Assembly (NCBI GenBank): GCA_963748825.1
Contig: CAVVKN010000012.1
Span: forward strand, 95,536-159,535
Direction of reading: 5' to 3'
Source: Methanotrichaceae archaeon
Lineage (GTDB): Archaea; Halobacteriota; Methanosarcinia; Methanotrichales; Methanotrichaceae
Length of the DNA stretch: 64,000 nucleotides
This document shows, piece after piece, positions 1 through 10,817 of the stretch; position 1 is the stretch's first letter, and every line of letters begins with the position of its first letter. The position numbers were made by a program, and so were the translations under genes. Under the pieces are notes generated by a model. That model ran no database searches and was not told where the DNA came from. It saw nothing but the letters and a program-made list of their open reading frames with translations.

Positions 1-90
1 ATATGCTCCTGTTTACAGCAATTTGGGCATTTCATCCTGAATCTCATTTCGCTCGAAAGATCTATACAGGAACAGGACCAACCCCTTCGC

Positions 91-402
91 ATGGATTACA
101 CACTCAAACGAGGCTTCAAGCCCGATTTAGAGCGAATTCAAAAGGCACTGGAAGAGGAGTTTCCGACAGAGATAAAGCAAGAGGACGGCAAGCTTCTTCT
201 CAGCTATGGAGCTCTTAAAAGCATCTGTGTGTCGATCACCGGCAAGAAGCTCACTGTGACCACAGAGTCGGTAATAGGCGCGGACGATGTTGTTGCCATG
301 GATACCAACAAACGCTTTAGAAATTTCCTGGAAAAAGCCACAGGTTACAACGCCAAGCAGAGACTGCAGATGGCCAAAAAAGAGGTAACCAAAGGAGCCT
401 GA
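91..402 (+). CDS. Conserved archaeal hypothetical protein (DUF5611-like)
   Basis: 103-aa ORF, MDYTLKRGFKPD...FRNFLEKATGYNAKQR resembles a methanogen small-protein family; family assignment from memory. Confidence 0.6.
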   Translation: MDYTLKRGFKPDLERIQKALEEEFPTEIKQEDGKLLLSYGALKSICVSITGKKLTVTTESVIGADDVVAMDTNKRFRNFLEKATGYNAKQRLQMAKKEVTKGA

Positions 403-416
403 TTGAAATTTCAATT

Positions 417-1526
417 TCAGTATAAAGTCAGCTTGCCTTTGACAAACTGCTCCACCAGGGCGTCCGTGCTCTCCAGCCAGAAGTCCAGGATGGCATCGAC
501 CTTCGACTCCATTGCGGGAGTTATGGTCAGGTCGCCTGAGATCTGCACGCCGCGCAGGAGCGGCTGGCTGATGGGCGAGCCGATCTTGCTCACCAAGGTA
601 ACATAGGCCTCCTCCACTCCTTCCAGCTCCGCGATCTCGGATGCAGCTTTTTGCGCCAGCACGTTGTAGATCTTGCCCACGTGGCTGACGGGATTTTTTC
701 CGGCTATGGCTTCCATGGTCATGGGCCGCATGGGCGTGATCAGGCCGTTGCCGCGATTGCCCCGGCCCGTGGCTCCGTCGTCTCCCATCTCAATGGAGGT
801 GCCGGTAACTGTCAGGTAGATGTTCTCCCCGGCATCAGCACAGTTCACATAGACCTCTAAATCCCCGGCACCTTGGGCCTTTCTCGTAACTGCCTCCTGG
901 ACGCGAGACTTGGCCTCATCGTACTCTTCTCGCGAATTGATGAATCGGTCGACCATGGCTGCGGCCACTACCAGGGTCAGCTTGTCTCCTACGCGTACCG
1001 CCATGAGCTTGGTGTCCTCTCCCACGCCCGGCACGCTTCTCACAACCTCCTCCAGATCCAGGATGAGCTGTTCGGTCTCGCTCAGCGGTGCATATCCTAC
1101 TCCGATGGAGGTGTCATTTGCTCCCCGACCAATGAGGCTTCGTAGCTCCGGGGCTCCCTCTTCCACGCGCGGCTCGACCTCGAATTGCAGCAGATTTTTT
1201 ACAGTTTTATGAAAGTGTGATGCTGTAGCATTCTCAATGATCTCGCGGATCGGCTTTCCGGAGGGCTTGCTGGCCCGGCCGCCCACGACCACAGAAGGGG
1301 GCTTTATAATCGCGCCTCCTGCAAAGCGCGGCGCGCTCTTGCCGGCAATGATCAGGACCTTGTCAACATTGTGGTGCAGGATCTGGCCGAACTCGTCCAG
1401 ATAAAACTCACAGAGAGAGCGGGAGATGGCCTCGGAGATGCCGTCTGCCAGGGTATCCGGGTGGCCCAGGCCCTTTCTCTCCACTACCTCGAAGGGAGGA
1501 GGATTGTGCTTATTCAGGATGATCAT
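417..1526 (-). CDS. mat: Archaeal S-adenosylmethionine synthetase
   Basis: Motifs [54 protein letters not shown]; start placed at internal ATG (MIILNK). Confidence 0.93.
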   Translation of the reverse strand: MIILNKHNPPPFEVVERKGLGHPDTLADGISEAISRSLCEFYLDEFGQILHHNVDKVLIIAGKSAPRFAGGAIIKPPSVVVGGRASKPSGKPIREIIENATASHFHKTVKNLLQFEVEPRVEEGAPELRSLIGRGANDTSIGVGYAPLSETEQLILDLEEVVRSVPGVGEDTKLMAVRVGDKLTLVVAAAMVDRFINSREEYDEAKSRVQEAVTRKAQGAGDLEVYVNCADAGENIYLTVTGTSIEMGDDGATGRGNRGNGLITPMRPMTMEAIAGKNPVSHVGKIYNVLAQKAASEIAELEGVEEAYVTLVSKIGSPISQPLLRGVQISGDLTITPAMESKVDAILDFWLESTDALVEQFVKGKLTLY

Positions 1527-1633
1527 AAAAACCACAGGATATAATATGATTAATACTTTTCGAAGATACAAAATTTTTCAATTTCTGCCTCATGCATGAA
1601 TTTATAAGCTTGAAAAACTCAGGCCTTCTTTAT

Positions 1634-2869
1634 ATGAGTGAAACATCGGCCATTTCCGGTCAAGAGACCATTCAGGAGTCCTTCGTAAAGAGGATAAGCG
1701 CTCTGCAGTCCGACAACAAGAGCCTCGCCGAAGAGCTGGAGACAACCAGGATGGAGAGGGAAGAGGTAAGAGCAAAGCTCTTCGAGTCCCTCATTGCCAA
1801 TAAGAAGTATCTGCGAGAGGTTGAGCGGCTGAAGAAAGAGAATATCCTCCTCAAGAGGATGCCGCTGTTCCTGGCAACGGTTGTGGAGATGGGGTCGGAC
1901 TATGTCCTGCTCAGGCAACACGGCAATAATCAGGAGTTCATCACTACTGTTCCACCAGAACTGATGGGGATAATCCAGACAAACTCTCGTGTGGCCATAA
2001 ACAACTCTCTGACCATCGTTCGGGTCCTGGACCGTTCTGTGGATGTCCGGGCCAAAGTAATGGAGCTGGTAGAGGCCCCCGATGTGTCCTACGAACAGGT
2101 GGGTGGTCTGGAAAGCCAGATTCAAGAGATCAGGGAGACCGTGGAGCTGCCGCTCACTAATCCTGCTATCTTCAAGGAGATCGGCATAGAGCCGCCCAGA
2201 GGCGTCCTGCTCTACGGCTTGCCGGGAACGGGCAAGACCATGCTCGCCAAGGCTGTAGCTCACGAATCCAGGGCTACTTTCATACACATGTCCGGCTCGG
2301 AGCTGGTGCATAAGTTCATAGGGGAGGGCGCGCAGCTCGTTCGCGATATCTTCCAGATGGCGCGCGAGAAGGCCCCCAGCATCATATTCATCGATGAGAT
2401 CGACGCGGTGGGAAGCATACGAACCCATGACGGCACCACGGGAAGCGCCGAGGTCAACCGCACTATGATGCAGCTCTTGGCGGAGATGGACGGATTTAGG
2501 ACCAGGGGAGACATCAAGATCATCGCGGCCACGAATAGAATCGATATTCTGGATCCTGCGCTGCTGCGGCCAGGTCGCTTTGACAGGATCATTGAGATTC
2601 CCATGCCTTCAGCGGATGGAAGGCTCAAGATCCTGGAGATCCATTCCAAGAAGATGAAGAAGGATGAGGACGTGGATCTGATGGAGATTGTCAAAGTCAC
2701 AGAGGAAGCGAGCGGTGCCGATCTCAATGCCGTTGTGGTTGAGGCTGGCATGAATGCTCTGCGTAGAGGCGCATCTTCGGTTGGCAAGAGCGATTTCGAG
2801 GTGGCAATCAGAAAGGTGCTCGGGGATGAGGTTGAAGGATCGGAAGAAGCCCTGAGGATGTTCTCTTAG
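1634..2869 (+). CDS. pan: Proteasome-activating nucleotidase (AAA+ ATPase)
   Basis: N-terminal coiled coil and OB region, Walker A GLPGTGKT, Walker B IIFIDEID, SRH ALLRPGRFDR, HbYX-like C-terminus (MFS). Confidence 0.93.
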   Translation: MSETSAISGQETIQESFVKRISALQSDNKSLAEELETTRMEREEVRAKLFESLIANKKYLREVERLKKENILLKRMPLFLATVVEMGSDYVLLRQHGNNQEFITTVPPELMGIIQTNSRVAINNSLTIVRVLDRSVDVRAKVMELVEAPDVSYEQVGGLESQIQEIRETVELPLTNPAIFKEIGIEPPRGVLLYGLPGTGKTMLAKAVAHESRATFIHMSGSELVHKFIGEGAQLVRDIFQMAREKAPSIIFIDEIDAVGSIRTHDGTTGSAEVNRTMMQLLAEMDGFRTRGDIKIIAATNRIDILDPALLRPGRFDRIIEIPMPSADGRLKILEIHSKKMKKDEDVDLMEIVKVTEEASGADLNAVVVEAGMNALRRGASSVGKSDFEVAIRKVLGDEVEGSEEALRMFS

Positions 2870-2961
2870 GCGGCAAAGCCGCAACTATTTTTATCTGATC
2901 TTGACGCTTTGGCATTTCTGGATTTGGCTTAGCCAAGCGCAATAATGAGGCTGACGAGAAT

Positions 2962-3642
2962 ATGGCAGGCATAAAGAAGCCTTTTCGAATTTTGGGTCTG
3001 GCGGATCTGCATGATCGCATCGAGATGCTTGACAGCCTGAAGGATATTGATGCAGATCTCATTGTCTTTTGCGGAGACCTGCACAATGCCGGCAGCCGGG
3101 AGACGGCCTTGCCTGCCGCTTTTGCCCTGGCCAACCTGGGGCCGCCTGTGCTCATTGTTCCCGGAAATATGGACCACAGGGATGTCGTGCCCGATCTATG
3201 GGACGAAGCGGGCCTGCGAATGCTGCATCGCTCCTCCTTTTGCTTTGCAGACCTGGGCTTTCTGGGCATGGGCGGAATGGTAGCGAAAGATCCCCGGCGG
3301 CTGGGAGATCCTGCTCGCTACTATCATCAGGATGATGAGGTTTATGAGACTCTGGCCGCGGCTTATCTGGATATAGCAGACGCAAGAATTAAGATAGTAA
3401 TTGTGCATCAGCCGCCTCGGGGAGCGCAAGATACTCTTTACAATGGGGAAAGCTCGGGATCGGTCAGCCTTCGTCGCTTCGTGCAGGAGTATCAGCCCGA
3501 CCTGTTGCTTTGCGGGCATATCCACGAGGCGCGGGGAATGTGTTTCGTCGGCTCCACCCGGATCGTCAATGTGGGAGAGCTGCGAAGGGGATTTGCAGCG
3601 CTCATCGAAATAGGTGAGGAGATAACCGTAAACTGGATCTAA
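2962..3642 (+). CDS. Metallophosphoesterase (calcineurin-like)
   Basis: Motifs ADLH, GD, PGNMD, H-PP, GHIHE. Confidence 0.88.
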   Translation: MAGIKKPFRILGLADLHDRIEMLDSLKDIDADLIVFCGDLHNAGSRETALPAAFALANLGPPVLIVPGNMDHRDVVPDLWDEAGLRMLHRSSFCFADLGFLGMGGMVAKDPRRLGDPARYYHQDDEVYETLAAAYLDIADARIKIVIVHQPPRGAQDTLYNGESSGSVSLRRFVQEYQPDLLLCGHIHEARGMCFVGSTRIVNVGELRRGFAALIEIGEEITVNWI

Positions 3643-3719
3643 GAATGGACCTAAAAATGGCTCTTCGCCATTTCCAGTGGCTAACCCTCGGTTGCTATTG
3701 ACTTTCGAGATGTAATTGA

Positions 3720-4020
3720 ATCTCGGTGCGCTTCTAGCAACTTTGCGGTTTTATTCCGTAACCGGCGGGGTTTAATTATTCAGCTACGAATATTAACCGC
3801 AGAGACGCAGAGTTCGCAGAGACGTGCAATTTACCTTATTAACAAACACCTGGAAAGAATAGAATATTTGCTTCTGAGTAATAGTCGTCTCTGTGCGTTC
3901 GTCCTCCGTACGCTCTGCGACTCTGCGGTTCTATTCCGTAAACCACCAGGGTTTTATTATCAAGCTACGATTATTTACTTGCCACAAAGGTGCAGAGTTC
4001 ACTGAGAACTCACAGAGGAC
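3720..4020. repeat. Two tandem palindromic REP/MITE-like units with 9-nt-period C(A/G)CAGAG arms
   Basis: ctttgcggttttattccgtaacc...aaccgcagagacgcagagttcgcagag, and ctctgtgcg...ctctgcgactctgcggttctattccgtaaacc...ccacaaaggtgcagagttcactgag; cores of the two units are similar. Confidence 0.6.
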
Positions 4021-4085
4021 TCAAGCACCATTACCCACTCGATACAGCTAGGAGCTCCAAAAATGATTGGCAGAAGGATGTTTGC

Positions 4086-4898
4086 ATGGATTTTCATCTG
4101 AAGGAAGAAATTGATCGCGGGATAAATGCCATGCAGGCTCTGATCAAGCTTGTGCCGGAGGGCGGGCTGAAAAACCTGGTTTTGGTCCGGGAGGAGATGG
4201 ATGAACTGATCTCCCCCGAATTTGAGCCCTATTTCTCGGCAAATGCTGCGCTTCACCTGCTGGCCGTTTGCGAGAGATGCGGCCGGTGCTGCCTGGAGGA
4301 GGTGGGGATTGCCGTCTCCGTAGATGACTGCCGCAGGATAGCCCGGCACCAGGGGCTAAGCCTGAAGAAGTTCATGATGGACTACACAAGGCCTCATGAG
4401 CTGAAGGGCGAAATAGTAGGATCGGCCAGGATGCTCGGCAAAAAAGAGGGCGATCCCTGTCCATTTTTCGATTCCAGCCTGTCCGGTTGCCGCATCTATT
4501 CCGTCAAGCCGCAGGTGTGCACGGCCGCCCTTTACCTCTCCAAAATGAATCTGCTAACGTGTGAAGAGCAGCAAAAAATTGGAACATTTCCAATATGCTC
4601 CGCCGATGAAAAGCTGAGGGCCAGGATATCGGATTTTGCCCTGCAGCTCAATGATGATGCCGAGGCTAAGAGCGAGCTTGTGAGGCTCTTTGCTTCCACT
4701 CGGCCCGAGGTAGAACTATTTCGATTTCTCCTCCGCTTGAAGGGCATGGAGATCTACTTCGGGCCGGAAAGAGCGGCACTCCTGGCGCGCCGGTTGGGTC
4801 TCGCGAGAATGCCGGAGGACGAGGAGCTGAATGAAGCGGGTTTTCTGTATGCGGTCAGCTTGCTGGGCGAGAGGGAGAAATTGAGGGAGATCTCATAA
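4086..4898 (+). CDS. YkgJ-family zinc/iron-chelating (CxxCxxCC) protein
   Basis: CERCGRCC ... CPFFD...CRIYSVKPQVC cysteine pattern. Confidence 0.8.
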   Translation: MDFHLKEEIDRGINAMQALIKLVPEGGLKNLVLVREEMDELISPEFEPYFSANAALHLLAVCERCGRCCLEEVGIAVSVDDCRRIARHQGLSLKKFMMDYTRPHELKGEIVGSARMLGKKEGDPCPFFDSSLSGCRIYSVKPQVCTAALYLSKMNLLTCEEQQKIGTFPICSADEKLRARISDFALQLNDDAEAKSELVRLFASTRPEVELFRFLLRLKGMEIYFGPERAALLARRLGLARMPEDEELNEAGFLYAVSLLGEREKLREIS

Positions 4899-4970
4899 GC
4901 GCTTAAGAGAAAGTGTGATAGTATCCCTCCTCAGGCAAAATCATAAGTGAAAAGCCAAAGACCCGTCCCA

Positions 4971-6096
4971 TCAGTACCTCAGCAGCGCCCCCACTCCTCC
5001 CATTGCCTCCAGGAATTCGTCGTCCTCCAACAATGCCACTTCTGCTCCCGTTCTTTCTGCCTGCTCGTAAAGTCTCTCCAGGCTCAGGGCCTGCATCTGC
5101 CCGCCGCAGGTAGGGCAGGTCTCGCCCTCCTGGTGGGCGAAGTGGCACTTTTTGCAGATCATCTGAGGAAGGGCAAAGCCGCTGGAGAGAAGCAGGTGAT
5201 TGACTCGACCTTCCTCTAGAGCCCTGCCCACCTCGGCCAGGCCGTAGGCAGAGGGCTGCCCTTTGAGCACCGCCTCCTTCAGTCTCTCTGCCAGATTGAG
5301 CTGCACAGATCTTTCCTCTCTGGCCAACTGGCCGCCTAGCTTCACCAGATCTCCGCCAGGTGTCTGCATGGAGATGTCAACGACGCCCAGGAGCCTGTCC
5401 TTCCAATCAATGGGCAGCATCTCTACAAGCTGGCCCTTGGCCTCACCGGGACCCGCCACCACTAATCCTTTGATCTCTCCAAGATCAAGCCGGCCTTGCA
5501 GATCCTCCACTACTGCAGTGAGGAAGGACTTTATTGCACCGCTACGAAGGCGGTTGTAGCGCATCTGGCTCCAGCCGCCCTTTTTGTGCTTGTTCATGAG
5601 ATCTATCGATAACTTTTTCTTCTCCTCCAGGATGTCGGAGCGGATCACAAATAGCCTGGCCTCCTGAGAGTCGAGCAGCAGCAGGGCATAATCCTGGTAA
5701 TCGTCCTTGAGCCTGGCCAGGGGCAGGAGGAAGGGAGAGCTGTCCAGCACCACCATGGGCTCCAGCGATACGCCTAGCCTGAAGACTTGCAGAAAATCCC
5801 TGGCAGCGGAGGCGAAGATCACCCGGCCCTTCTCGCCTTTTATGACTTCAGCCGCGAGGAGGGGCTCGATCATCTGATTTGGTTTTCAGAAAGGCTTCCT
5901 GGAGATCTTTGGGCAGGGCGCTCTTCATGGCTTTCAGCTTGGACTGCACAAGGAGATTATCATCTCTGTTGATTGTAGTAAGATAAATGGAAAGAAAGGC
6001 ATCCTGCTCGTCTTTTGTTTCGGCCAGGGCCCGCAGATCGATATCCGAGATGGGTGTAAGGAGATGTAAGTCATTTGCTTTTTCGAGGGACTGCAT
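4971..6096 (-). pseudogene. eRF1-related (baeRF/Vms1-like) protein split by a 1-nt frameshift near 5880
   Basis: Upstream ORF (..FLSIYL..) and downstream ORF (KHKKGGWSQMRY, LVVAGPGEAK, CxxC..CxxC, GGVGALLRY) together make one eRF1-like protein in two frames. Confidence 0.7.
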
Positions 6097-6196
6097 AAGA
6101 ATTATCATGCTCTTGTCGCAGAAATAACTATCTAATCTACACAAGGTTTATTTGCCATCAGGCGAAGCACACGTTCATCAGATTATGAGGAATGCT

Positions 6197-6703
6197 ATGC
6201 GACTTTCCATGGATTTAGAGCTGCAGGACATACCAGGTCAGCTTCTCCTGGCTTTGCAGCCCTTCAGGGATAATAAGGCCAACATCATCAGCGTGGTTCA
6301 TCACAGGGATAGAAAGACACCCCGCGGCATGATCCCGGTTCGCTTCGTAGTGGAGATGGACCGGACCAAGATCGAGACCGTCAACGCCAAGCTCAAGGAG
6401 TGCGGCATCTCCGTGGTGCGAGCGGGCGAGGACCGTCTCATCGAGGCCGTCTCCGTTGTGCTTGTAGGCCATGTGCTGCACAGCGATCTGGGAGATACCG
6501 TAAACCGCATCGACTCCACCGGCTTTGCCGAGGTCATGGACGTTTCTCTGACCATGACTGGTGTGGACGAGCCGTCTTCCGCCTATCTCAAGATCCGCGC
6601 CACCGGCAAGGCCGAGATCCAGAAGGCATTGGCCATCTTACGCGAAGTGGGCGCCGAGAAAAAGCTGCTTGTGATTGAGCCGATAGAAACAGAGGCGATC
6701 TGA
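6197..6703 (+). CDS. ACT-domain protein, putative allosteric regulator of homoserine dehydrogenase
   Basis: ELQDIPGQLLLALQPF...NIISVVH ACT pattern; directly upstream of hom. Confidence 0.8.
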   Translation: MRLSMDLELQDIPGQLLLALQPFRDNKANIISVVHHRDRKTPRGMIPVRFVVEMDRTKIETVNAKLKECGISVVRAGEDRLIEAVSVVLVGHVLHSDLGDTVNRIDSTGFAEVMDVSLTMTGVDEPSSAYLKIRATGKAEIQKALAILREVGAEKKLLVIEPIETEAI

Positions 6704-6705
6704 AT

Positions 6706-7713
6706 ATGAGAGACATCAAGGTTTCCCTGGTGGGCTACGGCATCGTCGGCCACGGCGTGGTCGATGTCCTCAGTCGCAAGAAGAAGATGCTTCGGGATAT
6801 GGGCCTGAACATTAAGCTGATCAGCGTCACCGATCACACCGGTACTGTGATGGCGGAAGACGGCGTGGACGCGGAGAAGATTTTGGGCGAGAGGACGCTG
6901 GCCAATGTGGCCACTACCAGCATGAAAGGCAAAGAGGCCATATCCGCCATCGACTCCGACCTGGTGGTCGAGGTCACTCCCACTAACATCGTACACGGCC
7001 AACCCGGCCTGGGTCACATGGAAGCGGCTCTCTCCAGCGGCAAGCATGTCGTGACCTCCAACAAAGGCCCGCTGGTGGTCTCCTACAGCCGCCTGAAAAA
7101 GCTGGCCGAGGAGAACGGCGTGATGATGAAGTTCGAGGCCACCGTGGGCGGCACCATGCCACTCATCAGCCTGGTGGAACGCACGCTGGTGGGTAACACC
7201 ATCTTCGGCATCCGCGGCATATTCAACGGCACCTGCAACTACATCCTCACCCGCATGACCGAGGAGGGCATACCCTACACCCATGCTCTGAGCGAGGCCC
7301 AGGACATGGGGATCGCCGAGGCCGATCCTAGCTACGATGTAGAGGGCGTGGACACTGCCGGAAAGGTGGTCATCCTGGCCAATTCGCTCTTCAACATGAA
7401 CATCAAGTACAGCGATGTTGATGTTACAGGCATCACCGGCGTCACTCCCGAGGCCCTGGCCCTGGCCAAGAAGCGCGGTTATGCCATCAAGCTCATCGGT
7501 GATGTGCCTGCTCTCACGGTACGGCCCACTCTGGTACCTATGGGCAGCCCCATAGCTGTGTCGGGAACCCTGAACTCGGCGGCTATTTACACCGATCTAT
7601 CGGGAACCATAACCGTAACCGGCCTAGGTGCCGGCTCCATCGAGACCGCTTCCGCCATTCTGACGGACATCGTCAGCATCTACAGGACAAAACGCATCGA
7701 TGCCATATTCTAA
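6706..7713 (+). CDS. hom: Homoserine dehydrogenase
   Basis: GYGIVG Rossmann motif, HVVTSNKGP, FEATVGG, GIFNGTCNYIL, AEADPSYDVEGVD, GAGSIETASA. Confidence 0.95.
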   Translation: MRDIKVSLVGYGIVGHGVVDVLSRKKKMLRDMGLNIKLISVTDHTGTVMAEDGVDAEKILGERTLANVATTSMKGKEAISAIDSDLVVEVTPTNIVHGQPGLGHMEAALSSGKHVVTSNKGPLVVSYSRLKKLAEENGVMMKFEATVGGTMPLISLVERTLVGNTIFGIRGIFNGTCNYILTRMTEEGIPYTHALSEAQDMGIAEADPSYDVEGVDTAGKVVILANSLFNMNIKYSDVDVTGITGVTPEALALAKKRGYAIKLIGDVPALTVRPTLVPMGSPIAVSGTLNSAAIYTDLSGTITVTGLGAGSIETASAILTDIVSIYRTKRIDAIF

Positions 7714-9393
7714 ATGACGAGCTTTCTTGCCTTCGCAAATCTCTGCCAGAAGGTAGAGGCAGTATCCGGCTCCCTGGAGAAGATCGACCTAGTCGCAGCA
7801 TTCCTGGCAGGCCTGGACGAGACAGAACTCTCCATGGCCTGCAGCTATGTCATGGGCACGCTTTTCCCTCCCAGCCTCGATCTGGTTATGGGCGTGGGGC
7901 CGAGCATCCTCTACGAGGCCCTGGCGAAAGCCTGCGGCTGCTCGGCCGAGCAGATCTCGGACATGCTGCGTGCCACCGGTGATCCGGGCCTGGTTGCCGC
8001 CGGCATTGTGGAGAAGAGAAGGCCAATTGGCTTTGCCGCCTTCCAAGAAGCGGAGCCGCTTTCTATCGCAGACGTTTATGAGAGATTTGTGGCAATAGCT
8101 CGCGCTTCCGGCAAGAGAAGCCAGGATGCTAAAGTCAAAAACCTGCAATTTCTATTCAGCCAGGCCGGCTCTTTGGAGGCCCGGTATATTGCCCGTCTGG
8201 CCATTGAGGACATGAGGATCGGCGTAGGTGAAGGGGGCGTGCGGGATGCTGTTGCCCGGGCCTTTTCCAAAAGCGGGGCAGATGCAGAGAGCGTGGAGCG
8301 GGCCTATAACCTCACCAACGATATGGGCCTGGTAGCAGTTGCCGCCAGGCGCGGCACTCTCTCGCAATTGAGCGTCATGATCAATCACCCCATCAAGATG
8401 ATGCTGGCTTCGCTTGGCGAGAGCATTGCAGCGGCTTTGGGGGAAATTGGTACTGCAGCTATTGAGTGGAAGTATGACGGCGCTCGCGTGCAGATCCATA
8501 AGGAAGGGGACAGCATTGCCATCTTCTCCCGCCGCATGGAGAATGTAACGGCATCTTTGCCTGAGATCGTCCTGGCAGCCAGGCAGATAACTGCGAAGAG
8601 CGCCATACTGGATGGTGAAGCAGTGGCCATTGGCAAAGACGGCCGGCCCATGGCCTTCCAGGAGATTTTGAAACGTTTTCGCAGGAAATACAATGTAGAA
8701 AAGCTTGCTGCTCAGATTCCCCTGCGCCTCTTCCTGTTCGATTTGATCTATCTGGATGGCAAAAGCGTGACGCATCTGCCCCTAAGTGAAAGAAGAGCAC
8801 TCCTGGAGAAGATTGCCAATCCCACTCTTCTTGCCGATCAGGTACTGTCCGGTAGTGTCGAGGCAGCAGAGGAGATCTACCGTCAGGCTCTGGCAGCCGG
8901 CCATGAAGGGCTTATTTTAAAGAATCCCAACTCAGTATACGCTCCGGGAAAGAGAGGCAAGAACTGGCTGAAGATCAAGCCGGTTATGGAGACTTTAGAC
9001 CTGGTGGTGATAGGCGCAAAGTGGGGCGAGGGCCGCAGAGCGAGCTTCCTTGGCTCCTACCGGCTGGGATGCCTGGACACTGCCACCGGCAATATTTTAG
9101 ATATGGGCTTTGTGGCCACCGGGCTTACGGATGAGGCTCTGGCGGAACTCACGGATATGTTCCGGGAACTGATTCTGCTGGAGAAGGGCATGGAGGTGGA
9201 GATCAAGCCGGCGGTGATCTTCGAGGTGGCCTACGAGGAGATACAAAAGAGTCCCAACTACTCCTCCGGATATGCCCTCCGTTTTCCCCGGATGGTCGCC
9301 GTAAGGGACGACAAATCTTTGGAGGAGGCGGACAGCCTGGAGCGCGTCGTCTCCCTTTATAAAGGACAGAGGGGCAGGCGCAATTCCGTTTGA
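7714..9393 (+). CDS. lig: ATP-dependent DNA ligase
   Basis: EWKYDGARVQIH adenylation motif, LDGEAV, EGLILK, WLKIK, ALRFPR. Confidence 0.96.
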   Translation: MTSFLAFANLCQKVEAVSGSLEKIDLVAAFLAGLDETELSMACSYVMGTLFPPSLDLVMGVGPSILYEALAKACGCSAEQISDMLRATGDPGLVAAGIVEKRRPIGFAAFQEAEPLSIADVYERFVAIARASGKRSQDAKVKNLQFLFSQAGSLEARYIARLAIEDMRIGVGEGGVRDAVARAFSKSGADAESVERAYNLTNDMGLVAVAARRGTLSQLSVMINHPIKMMLASLGESIAAALGEIGTAAIEWKYDGARVQIHKEGDSIAIFSRRMENVTASLPEIVLAARQITAKSAILDGEAVAIGKDGRPMAFQEILKRFRRKYNVEKLAAQIPLRLFLFDLIYLDGKSVTHLPLSERRALLEKIANPTLLADQVLSGSVEAAEEIYRQALAAGHEGLILKNPNSVYAPGKRGKNWLKIKPVMETLDLVVIGAKWGEGRRASFLGSYRLGCLDTATGNILDMGFVATGLTDEALAELTDMFRELILLEKGMEVEIKPAVIFEVAYEEIQKSPNYSSGYALRFPRMVAVRDDKSLEEADSLERVVSLYKGQRGRRNSV

Positions 9394-9417
9394 ATGTGAA
9401 TCTTGGAGGCAACTACG

Positions 9418-10704
9418 ATGATTACAAAGATGCTAAGTGAGCTGAAGGATGAAGATCTGCAAGCCCTTCTCTCCCGAGATGTGGGCATTTCCGATGTGCT
9501 TTCCGCAGTTAATGAGATTGTCATGGAAGTGGGAAGCAAAGGGGATGAGGCGCTCTTCAAGTACGCTGAGAAGTTTGAGGGGGCGCGTCTCGATGACCTG
9601 AGAGTAAGCGAAGAAGAGATTGATGCGGCTTACGATCTGGTGGAGGAAAGGCTCATGCAAGCCTTATCCGATGCGGCATATAACATCCGCCAATTCCATA
9701 ACATGCAGAAGGAGCGCGAATTGTGGATGACTGAGGTTGCTCCCGGTGTCTCCGTGGGCCAGAAGATCGCACCCCTTGACTCTGTGGGCGCCTATGTGCC
9801 CGGCGGGCGGGCCTCCTATCCAAGCTCTGCTTTGATGAATGTTATTCCCGCCAAAGTGGCCGGTGTTTCCCGGATAGTAGTATGCACTCCACCCAAAGCG
9901 GATGGGTCCATAACTCCTCTCACCCTGGTTGCTGCCGATATGGCCGGTGCCGATGAGATTTACAAGGTTGGAGGAGCCCAGGCCATAGCTGCTATGGGAC
10001 TAGGCACCGAGAGCATAGAGCAGGTGCAGAAGATCGTGGGGCCGGGCAATGTGTACGTCACTGCTGCCAAGATGCTCATGAGAGGCAGCGTGGAGATCGA
10101 CTTTCCGGCGGGCCCGAGCGAAGTTCTCATCCTGGCCGATCGGACCGCCGATCCGGGAGTTATCGCCGCAGACATGATCGCCCAGGGGGAGCATGATCCC
10201 AGGTCCATTTCTGTGCTGGTATCTCTGGATGATCTTTTGGCCTGCGCCGTGATCGAGGAGTTGAGTATTCAGGCGGCTGGCGCAGCGCGTCGTGAGATAG
10301 TGGAGCAGAGTTTGGAGCACAGCGCAGTTCTCGTGGCGGGCGACATGGACGAGGCTCTGGACTTTTGCAATGCCTTCGCGCCCGAACATTTGGAGATAAT
10401 CACCAAGGACCCCATGGCCGTCTTGAGGTACATAAAGAACGCAGGCAGCGTGTTTTTGGGGAAGTTCACACCGGTAGCGGCAGGCGACTATGCCAGCGGC
10501 ACCAATCACGTACTTCCCACCTCCGGCTACGCTCGGGTCTTCTCGGGACTCAATGTGGACCACTTCACCAAGAAGATCAGTGTGCAGATGATCACCGATG
10601 ACGGGCTCCTGGGCCTGGAGGATACTATTACCACTCTGGCCGAGGCGGAAGGCCTGAAGGCACACGCGGAATCGGTGAGAAGAAGGCTGGAGCCGAAGGT
10701 TTGA
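9418..10704 (+). CDS. hisD: Histidinol dehydrogenase
   Basis: [50 protein letters not shown]. Confidence 0.96.
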   Translation: MITKMLSELKDEDLQALLSRDVGISDVLSAVNEIVMEVGSKGDEALFKYAEKFEGARLDDLRVSEEEIDAAYDLVEERLMQALSDAAYNIRQFHNMQKERELWMTEVAPGVSVGQKIAPLDSVGAYVPGGRASYPSSALMNVIPAKVAGVSRIVVCTPPKADGSITPLTLVAADMAGADEIYKVGGAQAIAAMGLGTESIEQVQKIVGPGNVYVTAAKMLMRGSVEIDFPAGPSEVLILADRTADPGVIAADMIAQGEHDPRSISVLVSLDDLLACAVIEELSIQAAGAARREIVEQSLEHSAVLVAGDMDEALDFCNAFAPEHLEIITKDPMAVLRYIKNAGSVFLGKFTPVAAGDYASGTNHVLPTSGYARVFSGLNVDHFTKKISVQMITDDGLLGLEDTITTLAEAEGLKAHAESVRRRLEPKV

Positions 10705-10817
10705 AGACTTGACAGAAGCTAATGTGACGGTAAAAAGAACAACGTTTCTATCTCGTTGAGGGTGGGGAGGAAGCCACATCCGGCAAATTCCAGAATAGAA
10801 TAGAATAGGAGAATCGC

